Positions 37,438 through 46,323 of a stretch of DNA of 53,002 nt are shown here, one piece after another. Source of the DNA: Eubacteriales bacterium (GTDB lineage Bacteria; Bacillota; Clostridia; Oscillospirales; CAG-272); NCBI GenBank assembly GCA_045593965.1, contig JAZNXP010000124.1, forward strand, positions 1-53,002, in the 5' to 3' direction. Numbering within the stretch: the stretch's first letter is position 1; each line of letters starts with the position of its first letter. The position numbers and the translations under genes were made by a program. The notes beneath the pieces are model-generated. The model was not told the origin of the DNA and made no database searches. It saw only the letters and a list, made by a program, of their open reading frames with translations.

Positions 37438-40400
37438 ATGAATATGAAAAAATTTCTTCTGATCGTGCTCTCTCTTGCCATGATCCTCACGGGTGTATTG
37501 GTTCCCGTGTCCGCAGGGGAAAGCGCGCAAAGCAACAATTCCGCGGCAACGGTAACCCCCACTGTCGGATATTCTCAAGCTGCGGCAGATGCGGCGCGGA
37601 TCGATCTTTCCTCGATCCCGTCCTTGAAGGGAGTTTCTTCTCCCAGTCAGAACGCCTATCAGATCGACAGTCTTGAGGCGTATGAAAATTTTGTATCCCT
37701 TGTCAACAGTAAGAACGATTTCAAGGGAAAAACAGTTTATCTTGCGTGCGATCTGGATCTTTCGCTGTTGACAGATCTTCAGACTCCCATCGGATTCCGT
37801 TCGGGGATCGAGGATCCTGCAAACACGTTCAACGAGACCGCACGCGCACAGTTCTGCGGCACCTTTGACGGTCAGGGCTATGAGATCTCGGGAGTTGCTG
37901 TCTATGCAACTATCATAGATTCCTGTTATTCCGCCCTGTTCGGTTGGGTAAACGGCGGAACGATCCAACATTTGAAAACAGAGGGATTTGTCAACCATGA
38001 TAAGGAGACGTATCCCGGTGATCATATCAACTTCGTCGGAACGGGCGGACTGATCGGATGCGCGGACGGCGCAACGGTCGTGAATAACGTCTATTGCAAC
38101 ATCGGCGTGGTCGGTTGCCTCCAATCGGCAGGCATTGTCGGTCGCGGCAGTGCAACCGTTACGAACTGCACCAACGCGGGCGATGTCTACGGTTCGACCT
38201 GCGCGGGCGGCATTGGCGGCTTCGTTTCGGGAATGACCGTGATCAACAGTCTGAATATCGGACATATCGTTTCCCCCTCGATCGCGGGCGGTATTCTTGC
38301 CCGTACGAGAGGCGTTTGCAACGTCAACGGATCGGTCAACGACGGTTGCGTTGAAAACTCGAATAACGACATCGCGGGCGGTATTATCGGACGTGCGGAA
38401 AACGAAAGCGGCGTTACCAATCTCGTCGGTTGCATCAATTACGGTCAGATCAAAACCGCGGACAACAAAAGCAACGCGTTCGGACATACCGACGGCAAGG
38501 CTAAATTGAACGTGGATGCATCCTGCGAGAGCAGAACGCGCGCAGGATACAGCACCGACCGCATCTGGCAGATGGATCTGATTCAGGTCACCGACCTCGC
38601 TTCGGTTTCCACCGTGACCAAAACGGCATATCGCATCACGAACGCGCAGGGCTTGATCCGCCTTTCCGAGCTTGTCAAGGCAGGGAACACCTTCAGCGGT
38701 GTGAAGATCTATCTGGATGCGGATATCGATATGAAGGATCAGGTCTGGGAGCCGATCGGCTACATCATGAGCTCGTCGAGCGGAACGACCAAAAAGCCCT
38801 TCTCGGGCGTCTTTGACGGTCAGGGACATACAATCTCCAACCTTGTTGCGGTACAGAATACGGACGTACGTTCGGGACTTGGACTGTTTGGCTTTGCGCA
38901 ATCCGCGACCATTCAGAATGTGATCCTTGATGCCACCTGCTCCTTTACCTTGAACGTGTCGAACGGATATAACGGCGCGGCGGCGGTGCTTGCGTATTCG
39001 GGTAGTTCCGTAACCGTGACGAATGTGATGACGTTTGCGACCGTCATCGGTAAAACGCACTCTGCGGGTATCGTTGCGCGCGGAGACGCAAATGCGTATT
39101 TCTGCACGAACTACGGATATATTTCCGGTGATAACTGCGCGGGCGGTATTTCCGCCTTCCGTACGTATGATGTGCGCGACTGTGTCAACTACGGTACGAT
39201 CCACAGCACCAGCATCGCAGGCGGTGTTGCGGCACGTATTTACGGTAACAGAACCTACCGAAATCTCATCAACCACGGAACCGTTATCGGTAAGAGCTAT
39301 GCCGGCGGCGTGATCGGACGCACCAACGGCGGTGCTCCCGTTCTTGAAAATTGCGCCAACTACGGCATGGTATCGGGACTTTATTCCAACGGTCTTTATA
39401 ACGTGACCGCCGGTGTGAATGCGGACGTGACCGTGACGAATTGCACGGATCGGGTCACTGTCGGATATTCCGCTTCCAACGTCACTCCCATCTATAACAT
39501 TGGAAAATCGATTTCCAAGTTTGCTTCAAGTCCCAATGAGTTTTCTTACTTCATTTCCACACCGCAGGAGCTCGTGACGCTTTCCGAGCTGGTGCAGGAA
39601 GGGCATACGTTCAAGGGTGTCACGATCTACCTGATGAACGATCTGAACATGAGAGGCGTGACGCTTTTGCCCATCGGCTACGGTGATCACGCGTTTGCGG
39701 GCATGTTTGACGGACGCGGATGTTCCATCTCCAATCTGAAAATGAACGTCAACAGCTCCGCATCGAACGCTCCCGAGTCTGCGGCACTCTTCGGCTTGAC
39801 GTCGAGCGCGCAGATCAAAAACCTCATTCTGGACGACACCTGCTTCATCATGCACGCAAATACCGTCGCCGCACAGCACGGCGCGGCGGCAAGTATTCTT
39901 GCAAAGAGTGAAGCCTTGACCTATGTATGTAACGTACGGAACTGCGCGGACGTCAGCGGTGCGACGTATACGGGCGGCATCGCGGGCAGAGGAGAGGTTG
40001 CTCTGATGAACTGCAGCAACCGTGGAGACGTTGTCGGCGGCAGCTTCGGCGGCGGTCTTGCGGCGAACGTCAACGGCAATATCAGCGCGTCCGAGAACTA
40101 CGGCTCTGTTCGCGCAAACGTTGCGGGCGGTGCTGTCGGCTTCCTGAATGCAGAGGACACCTTCTATACCTTCTCTTATAACTACGGCACCGTGATGGGA
40201 GCGGATTACGCAGGCGGTCTGGTCGGCGTGCTTCGCAAGAATTGTCAGATCCAAAATTGCGCAAACTATGGCGCGGTTGGATCCATGGCAAGTGCCGATG
40301 CGGTTACGGCATCCGTTTATAACGTCGAAAGCGGCTATACGGCAAACGTGACGCTGTCTCAAGGCGCGGATCGGGCTGTGATCGGATTTTCCTCGGAGCT

Positions 40401-42954
40401 GACGGACGGCGCGACCGATCCGAGTGCGCTTCTCTCCAAGGGCTTGGCAAAGAACATCGAGGATTATCAGCACACGCTCGATGCAGGTAAGATCACACAT
40501 CTGATCATTGACAGCGCATCGGATATGGCACTGTTTTCCAAGCTGATCAACACGACGACGAGCGGAGAGGGCATGACCTTCTGTCTGGCAGCAAACGTGG
40601 ATATGAATATCTATTGCTCTGAAGGTGATCATACATCCACAGCTCTCAATGATTTTGCTCCGATCGGCAGTGGAGATGTGTCTGCGGAAAAATATTTTGC
40701 CGGAATCTTTGACGGTATGGGACACACGATCAGCAATCTTCATCTGTCCGCAGGCGGCAACAGCGAGGTGATGATCGGTTTGTTCGGTAAGCTTTCGGGT
40801 GCGACCGTGAAAAATCTGATCATTGACGAAAGCTGCTCCTTCGGCGAAAACGGAAACGCGAACACCGCGGTTGCTTCTCTTGCACCCGTGATCGAGCATT
40901 CGACCGTACAGAACGTATGGACACGCGCATCCGTAGCTTCTGCGGGCAGTTATATCGGCGGCATGGCTTGCATTGCCAAGAATTCCGTTTTTGTGAACTG
41001 CACCGCCGATGCCACCGTTGTCGCGAACAGTGCTTACGCAGGCGGCTTCGTTGGTGAAGGCACGAACGTTTGTTATTATAACTGCCGCAATCTTTCCGTG
41101 ATCGAGGGCGTGACGTCCGTCGGCGCGGGCTTTACGGCAAACGACAAGGGCGACTGCATCTATTCGAATTGCACCAACCTCGGAAGCGCAAAGAACGCAT
41201 CCGTTCTGGGCGCGCTTGCGGGCGCAAAGACGGAGCAGACGACCAGTAAATACGTCGGTTGCTTCAACTACGGCTTCCTTGACGCGGATTCGCTCGTCGG
41301 AAGAGTGGATGCGGGCAGCTTTGAGCCGATGAAAAACACAAAGACTGCCGAGGACGTGGATAACTATCACTTCAACCATCTGCTTGGTGTGAAGAGCCAG
41401 ACTCGCGATAACGGCGACGGTACGTTCGATCTTCGCCTGATCGCGACGGTGGATTCGCTCAACTATCAGAGAGCGGGCTTCCGTCTGATTTACAACAACT
41501 CGATCGCGGGCTATTCGATCGACATTGACGTGCCCGTTTATACGGTATATACCTCGATTCTCGAAAACGGCAAGACCGTAAGCCCCACCGACGGATTTGC
41601 GGACACCTCCCGTTATTTCATCCTGCATACGGTGGAAAACATTCCCGACGCGTGCAAGGAGGAGCTGACGTCCAAGCTTTCGGTATTCGCAAAGGCATAT
41701 CTTGCCACCAAGGGCGGGGGATACATTGATTACTGTCCCATCGAGCCCATCGTGGTTCCCGAAAAGCTGACTCCCACGATCGAGACGAACGTCGGCATCA
41801 TCAACCGCTTTGACGTTCCGAACGTCTATGAGATCGGTAACACGGGTGTGACCGTGAATTTGCAGTATCACGCATGGCCCTCCGTGACCGTGGATGAAAA
41901 CGGTGTGCTTTACGCGTTTGCGTCCGCCCGTCTGGAGCATGTGGATCCGTTCGGACACACCTTGATGTATAAGAGCTTTGACGGCGGCAAGACGTGGTCG
42001 AAGCCGTATCTCATCACCGATACGCCCATGGATGACCGTGACGTCGGCGTTACCTACATGGGCAACGGTAAGATGCTCATTACCTATTTCCGCATCGCCT
42101 GCGCGAGCCTGATGAAGACCGACCAGTCCTTTACCACGGCAGACGGCAAGGTGATCAAGGGCAACGGCACTTATACGACGTGGCAAAAGCACAAGAACGT
42201 TGAGCAGAAGCACATCGACGCGGTTCTGGCATATTGGAGCACGCTCCATTCCTCCGAGATCTCCGCGCAAAGCTGGTGCCGCATCAGTGAGGATTACGGC
42301 GCAACGTGGACCGAACCGATCACCACGCCACTCTCCACACCTCACGGACCAATCCTGCTCCGCAACGGCAACCTGCTTTACGTCGGACGCGCAAGCGTTA
42401 CGGGTGTTGGCGGTGACGGTATTTACGCATTCATCAGCACGGACGGTGGATATACATGGAATTTCAAGGCGAAAATTTATGAAAAAATCGATGCGACCTT
42501 CTGTGAGCCCCACGTTGTGGAGCTTTCCAACGGCAGATGGCTGGTTGCCATTCGCGTGCAGGACGGTGGCTTTGAGAACGAATACCGCATCTACACCTGC
42601 TATTCGGATGACAAGGGTGAGACGTGGACGCAGCCCAAGCTCGTGACCGACAAGAACGGCAAGGAGCTTTACGGAACGCCTCCGCAACTTATCCAATTGG
42701 ATAACGGCGCGGTCGTGATGACCTACGCAAGCCGCAGACAGGCGGATAGCGGTGAATACGCGATCATCAGCTATGACGGCGGCATGACGTGGGACGAGGA
42801 GATCTGTCTCTGCCTGCGCAAGGGCGGCACGAGCGATATCGGATATCCCATGACGGTACACCTTGGAAACGGTGAGCTTGTTACGGTCTACTATCAGGCT
42901 TATGAGACAGACAGCTATTGCTCGTTCCTCTATACCAAGTGGTCGCTGAAATAA
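37438..42954 (+). CDS. Giant secreted protein G3, more divergent paralog of G1/G2
   Basis: From ORF 37363..42954. I start it at MNMKKFLLIV (ATG 37438), giving 1838 aa. Signal ...PVSA|GE. Four GLUG-like modules, a spacer, and a propeller at ~41761-42951 (LQYHAWPSVTVDENGVLYAF, SFDGGKTW, SEDYGATW, STDGGYTW, SDDKGETW, SYDGGMTW). Confidence 0.8.
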   Translation: MNMKKFLLIVLSLAMILTGVLVPVSAGESAQSNNSAATVTPTVGYSQAAADAARIDLSSIPSLKGVSSPSQNAYQIDSLEAYENFVSLVNSKNDFKGKTVYLACDLDLSLLTDLQTPIGFRSGIEDPANTFNETARAQFCGTFDGQGYEISGVAVYATIIDSCYSALFGWVNGGTIQHLKTEGFVNHDKETYPGDHINFVGTGGLIGCADGATVVNNVYCNIGVVGCLQSAGIVGRGSATVTNCTNAGDVYGSTCAGGIGGFVSGMTVINSLNIGHIVSPSIAGGILARTRGVCNVNGSVNDGCVENSNNDIAGGIIGRAENESGVTNLVGCINYGQIKTADNKSNAFGHTDGKAKLNVDASCESRTRAGYSTDRIWQMDLIQVTDLASVSTVTKTAYRITNAQGLIRLSELVKAGNTFSGVKIYLDADIDMKDQVWEPIGYIMSSSSGTTKKPFSGVFDGQGHTISNLVAVQNTDVRSGLGLFGFAQSATIQNVILDATCSFTLNVSNGYNGAAAVLAYSGSSVTVTNVMTFATVIGKTHSAGIVARGDANAYFCTNYGYISGDNCAGGISAFRTYDVRDCVNYGTIHSTSIAGGVAARIYGNRTYRNLINHGTVIGKSYAGGVIGRTNGGAPVLENCANYGMVSGLYSNGLYNVTAGVNADVTVTNCTDRVTVGYSASNVTPIYNIGKSISKFASSPNEFSYFISTPQELVTLSELVQEGHTFKGVTIYLMNDLNMRGVTLLPIGYGDHAFAGMFDGRGCSISNLKMNVNSSASNAPESAALFGLTSSAQIKNLILDDTCFIMHANTVAAQHGAAASILAKSEALTYVCNVRNCADVSGATYTGGIAGRGEVALMNCSNRGDVVGGSFGGGLAANVNGNISASENYGSVRANVAGGAVGFLNAEDTFYTFSYNYGTVMGADYAGGLVGVLRKNCQIQNCANYGAVGSMASADAVTASVYNVESGYTANVTLSQGADRAVIGFSSELTDGATDPSALLSKGLAKNIEDYQHTLDAGKITHLIIDSASDMALFSKLINTTTSGEGMTFCLAANVDMNIYCSEGDHTSTALNDFAPIGSGDVSAEKYFAGIFDGMGHTISNLHLSAGGNSEVMIGLFGKLSGATVKNLIIDESCSFGENGNANTAVASLAPVIEHSTVQNVWTRASVASAGSYIGGMACIAKNSVFVNCTADATVVANSAYAGGFVGEGTNVCYYNCRNLSVIEGVTSVGAGFTANDKGDCIYSNCTNLGSAKNASVLGALAGAKTEQTTSKYVGCFNYGFLDADSLVGRVDAGSFEPMKNTKTAEDVDNYHFNHLLGVKSQTRDNGDGTFDLRLIATVDSLNYQRAGFRLIYNNSIAGYSIDIDVPVYTVYTSILENGKTVSPTDGFADTSRYFILHTVENIPDACKEELTSKLSVFAKAYLATKGGGYIDYCPIEPIVVPEKLTPTIETNVGIINRFDVPNVYEIGNTGVTVNLQYHAWPSVTVDENGVLYAFASARLEHVDPFGHTLMYKSFDGGKTWSKPYLITDTPMDDRDVGVTYMGNGKMLITYFRIACASLMKTDQSFTTADGKVIKGNGTYTTWQKHKNVEQKHIDAVLAYWSTLHSSEISAQSWCRISEDYGATWTEPITTPLSTPHGPILLRNGNLLYVGRASVTGVGGDGIYAFISTDGGYTWNFKAKIYEKIDATFCEPHVVELSNGRWLVAIRVQDGGFENEYRIYTCYSDDKGETWTQPKLVTDKNGKELYGTPPQLIQLDNGAVVMTYASRRQADSGEYAIISYDGGMTWDEEICLCLRKGGTSDIGYPMTVHLGNGELVTVYYQAYETDSYCSFLYTKWSLK

Positions 42955-42966
42955 AGATTTTCCATT

Positions 42967-43001
42967 GTCGGCGGAAGGGGACAGTCTCCCTTTCCACCGA
43001 C
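42967..43001 (+). promoter_or_regulatory. Intercistronic imperfect hairpin (G3-S1 spacer)
   Basis: gtcggcggaagggga / tccctttccaccgac forms a 15-bp stem with one mismatch and one G-U pair, loop cagtc. No T-run. Confidence 0.4.
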
Positions 43002-43081
43002 CGATGATCGAAAAGAATTTGAAAAGACGCGCGGACGTCTTTGAAAATATAAAACACGCATAGTAGAAGGAGACAAAAACT

Positions 43082-44515
43082 ATGGCTTGTGAAAGAAAGA
43101 AGCTGACGGCAGAGATCGTCAAGGACATCGGCATCATTCACCGTTACGATGAGCCGAGAAAATACGAGATCGGTAAGACGGGTGTGACGGTCGATCTGCA
43201 ATACCAGGCATGGCCCTCTGTCATCGCGGACGAGAACGGCGTGCTTTATGCCTTCACCTCGGGCAGACTCTGGCATATCGATCCCTTTGGACACACGCTC
43301 ATGTATAAGAGCTATGATAACGGCATGACGTGGTCGGAGCCGATCATCGCGAATGATACGCCCATGGATGACCGCGACGTCGGAGCAGTCTATCTCGGCA
43401 ACGGCAAGATGCTGATCACCTATTTCCGCATTGCCGCGCAAGACCTGATGGCGGACGAGCAGACCGTGACGACTGCGGACGGTGTGGTGCTCAAGGGCAC
43501 ATGTCCCTCCACCAAGGATGCGGACGGAAATTACACCTTTGATTATATTCGTTGGCAGAACAGAAAATATACGACTCCCGAGCAGGTCGCGGCAGTGTTT
43601 GACTATTGGTCCACCATGACCGAGGCAGAGCTTGAGGGCGGCTGCTGGTCATTGCTTTCCGAGGACTACGGAAAGACCTGGTCGGCTCCTCGCCGCACAC
43701 CCGTATCCTCTCCGCACGGACCTCTTCTGCGCAAGGACGGTTCCTTGCTCTACGTCGGACGCGGCGGCTACGAGGGCGACGGTATTTATGCCGTTGTTTC
43801 CAAGGATTTGGGCGAGACGTGGGAATACCTTGCGACCATTCACAAAAACGGCACGTTGCTTTACTGTGAGCCTCACGCCGTTGAGCTGGAGAACGGCAGA
43901 CTGATCGTTGGCATCCGTGTGCAGGGCTTGTCGCACAACATCGGCGGCAATACCTATATCGGCGTGGGATTTTCCCACGACGGAGAACAGATCTACGGAA
44001 GTCAGGGAACGGTGTTCACCATTGGCGATGACCTCGTACCCGTCCACTATGACGGTGAAGGGCAGTGGCAAAGAAACCGTACGTATTACCGCATTTATCA
44101 GAGCATTTCCGATGACGGCGGAAAGACGTGGACCACGCCCGAAATGATCAAGGTCGAGGACCCCACGGGCAATCTCGAATTGACGCACGGTTATCCTTAC
44201 GGCACACCCCCTCACCTTCTTCTTCTGAAGAGCGGAGAGATCGTTCTGACCTATTCCACGCGTGAATATGACATCGGTCAGAGAGCGATCGTCAGCTACG
44301 ATAACGGAGATACGTGGGATCGGGAGATCATTCTTTGCAATAAGCCCTACGATCCCGCTCCCGACGGAAACGGCGGACGTCATTATTATCACGCGGACAT
44401 CGGCTATCCCGCAACGGTGGCGACAGCGGACGGCGGACTGCTTTCGGTCTATTATCAGGCATATACGGGCGACCGCTTCTGCTCGTTCCTCTATACCAAG
44501 TGGTTCTTGAAATAA
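43082..44515 (+). CDS. S1: leaderless stand-alone G-subtype sialidase-like propeller
   Basis: 477 aa. Starts MACERKKLTAEIVKDIGIIHRYD with no hydrophobic signal. GAAGGAGA RBS. Blocks LQYQAWPSVIADENGVLYAF, SYDNGMTW, SEDYGKTW, SKDLGETW, SDDGGKTW and SYDNGDTW. Confidence 0.8.
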   Translation: MACERKKLTAEIVKDIGIIHRYDEPRKYEIGKTGVTVDLQYQAWPSVIADENGVLYAFTSGRLWHIDPFGHTLMYKSYDNGMTWSEPIIANDTPMDDRDVGAVYLGNGKMLITYFRIAAQDLMADEQTVTTADGVVLKGTCPSTKDADGNYTFDYIRWQNRKYTTPEQVAAVFDYWSTMTEAELEGGCWSLLSEDYGKTWSAPRRTPVSSPHGPLLRKDGSLLYVGRGGYEGDGIYAVVSKDLGETWEYLATIHKNGTLLYCEPHAVELENGRLIVGIRVQGLSHNIGGNTYIGVGFSHDGEQIYGSQGTVFTIGDDLVPVHYDGEGQWQRNRTYYRIYQSISDDGGKTWTTPEMIKVEDPTGNLELTHGYPYGTPPHLLLLKSGEIVLTYSTREYDIGQRAIVSYDNGDTWDREIILCNKPYDPAPDGNGGRHYYHADIGYPATVATADGGLLSVYYQAYTGDRFCSFLYTKWFLK

Positions 44516-44587
44516 AAGGATCTTTGAAGAAAGTGTGAGCTTTCTTCTGAAAAAAATAAACACATAAGCTGAAAAGGAGACAATATT

Positions 44588-46018
44588 ATGGCTTGTGAGA
44601 GAAAAAAACTGACGGCGGAGATCATTAAGGATATCGGTATCATTCACCGCTTCGATCCTCCGCACAAGTATGAGATCGGAAACACGGGCGTGACCATTGA
44701 CCTGCGCTATCAGGCATGGCCCTCCGCGATGGTCGATGAGAACGGCGTCATCTATGCTTTTATCTCGGGCAGACAGAAGCACATCGACCCGTTCGGTCAG
44801 ACGTTGCTCTATAAGAGCTATGACAACGGTGACACCTGGAGCGATCCCATCATCGTCAACGACACTCCCATGGACGACCGTGACGTTGGTGTTGCATACC
44901 TTGGAAACGGTAAGATCCTGATCACCTATTTCCGCATTTCCGCATGGGGACTCATCGGCAAGGATCAGTCCTTTGTGAACGTTGAGGGCAAGGAGATCAG
45001 AGGTGGTCGTCCCGATACCAAAAACGAACAGGGCTATCACACGGACGGATACGCGAGCTGGCAAAATCCTGCGTTCTCCTCTCCCGAGCAGGTGCAGGCA
45101 GTCTTTGATTATTGGAAGACCATGACCTATGAGGAGCTGGACGGCGGCACGTGGTGCCTCACCTCCGAGGACTACGGCGAGACGTGGTCCAAGCCCATGC
45201 CCACGCCTTGCTCCACGCCTCACGGACCGATCGTTCGCAAGGACGGCTCCTTGCTCTACGTCGGACGCGGCAGAGTTGCGGGCGTTGGCGGTGACGGCAT
45301 TTACGCATTCACCTCCACCGATTTCGGAAAAAGCTGGCAGTTCCTTTCCAAGATCCACGAGAACACCTGCCTGACCTATTGCGAGCCTCACGTCGTTGAG
45401 CTGGATAGCGGCAGACTGGTCGTCGGCATCCGCGTGCAGATCCAGGATCAGACCATCGACGGTAAGCTTTATCAGGTCATCGGCTTTGATCCCACAGGCG
45501 TACCGCTTTGGGTCAACAAGGATGACGGAAGAAAATATTTCCACATCACCGAAAGCCGCGTTCCCGTTGAGGTTGAGGATCGCGCGCCGCACACCACCTA
45601 CCGCCTCTACACCTGCTTCTCGGATGATGGCGGACTGACCTGGTCTCAGCCCACGGTCGTCAGCGCAACCGACCCCGAGGGATTGGAGTCTGTTTCGGGA
45701 CAGCCCTACGGTACGCCTCCTCACCTGCTCAAGCTGGACGGCGGCGAGATCGTGATGACGTACGCGACCAGAAACTTCGATATTGGTCAGAGAGCGATCA
45801 TCAGCTACGATGACGGCAAGACTTGGGACAAGGAGATCATCCTTTGCAACAAGCCCTATGACACCGAGCCCGGCTCCCCCTATAACTATAAGCAAGGAGA
45901 CATCGGATATCCCGCAACGGTCAAGCTTGCGGACGGCAATCTGCTCACGGTTTACTATCAGGCGTATACCGATGACCGCTATTGCTCCTTCCTCTATACC
46001 AAGTGGTCTCTGAAATAA
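44588..46018 (+). CDS. S2: leaderless stand-alone G-subtype propeller, tandem duplicate of S1
   Basis: 476 aa. Starts MACERKKLTAEIIKDIGIIHRFD. About 45 nt of upstream leader, including the RBS, resemble the S1 leader. Same motif set as S1. Confidence 0.8.
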   Translation: MACERKKLTAEIIKDIGIIHRFDPPHKYEIGNTGVTIDLRYQAWPSAMVDENGVIYAFISGRQKHIDPFGQTLLYKSYDNGDTWSDPIIVNDTPMDDRDVGVAYLGNGKILITYFRISAWGLIGKDQSFVNVEGKEIRGGRPDTKNEQGYHTDGYASWQNPAFSSPEQVQAVFDYWKTMTYEELDGGTWCLTSEDYGETWSKPMPTPCSTPHGPIVRKDGSLLYVGRGRVAGVGGDGIYAFTSTDFGKSWQFLSKIHENTCLTYCEPHVVELDSGRLVVGIRVQIQDQTIDGKLYQVIGFDPTGVPLWVNKDDGRKYFHITESRVPVEVEDRAPHTTYRLYTCFSDDGGLTWSQPTVVSATDPEGLESVSGQPYGTPPHLLKLDGGEIVMTYATRNFDIGQRAIISYDDGKTWDKEIILCNKPYDTEPGSPYNYKQGDIGYPATVKLADGNLLTVYYQAYTDDRYCSFLYTKWSLK

Positions 46019-46030
46019 GTTGCATTTTGC

Positions 46031-46064
46031 AAACGCCCCGCTTTTCTAAGCGGGGCGTTTTTGC
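46031..46064 (+). terminator. Strong intrinsic terminator; first clear one since 13.8 kb
   Basis: Stem acgccccgctt (46033-46043) / aagcggggcgt (46048-46058), loop ttct, then TTTTT. Confidence 0.85.
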
Positions 46065-46209
46065 GTGCGTTCCGAAACAAGCCACGGTGAAAGCGGTTCT
46101 TTTTCTCTGCGGTCGAAGAAAGGAAGAACACCTTCCGCAACAGGCGAAAAATGCGGTCGTTTTGTTGTATTCTCTAAAATTTTGATGTTGTTTTTGTTCA
46201 AAATATTCA

Positions 46210-46238
46210 TTGACAACACAGAAAAAATGTGCTATACT
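46210..46238 (+). promoter_or_regulatory. Near-consensus sigma-A promoter of the A1 gene
   Basis: TTGACA (46210-46215), 17-nt spacer ending in TGc, then TATACT (46233-46238). Confidence 0.7.
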
Positions 46239-46323
46239 GATAAAAACCAAAAAACAAATGCAACAAAGAAATAATCGCAGGGATGTGTTCCTTGCGTTTA
46301 TAAATACAAAAAGGAGAAGAAAC

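Noticed and set aside
25725-42954. Diversity-generating retroelement or invertase-driven phase variation as the source of variation among G1-G3.
   Set aside because: There is no reverse transcriptase, template repeat, recombinase or inverted-repeat-flanked promoter in the window. The differences inside the near-identical tracts are not adenine-specific (C/T and A/G). Homologous gene conversion explains the pattern.
25725-46018. Sortase (LPXTG), SLH, choline-binding, dockerin or TM anchoring of G1-G3 and S1/S2.
   Set aside because: I read the C-termini and linkers and found none of these motifs. The proteins end directly after the propeller (...YTKW[ST]L[TSK]).
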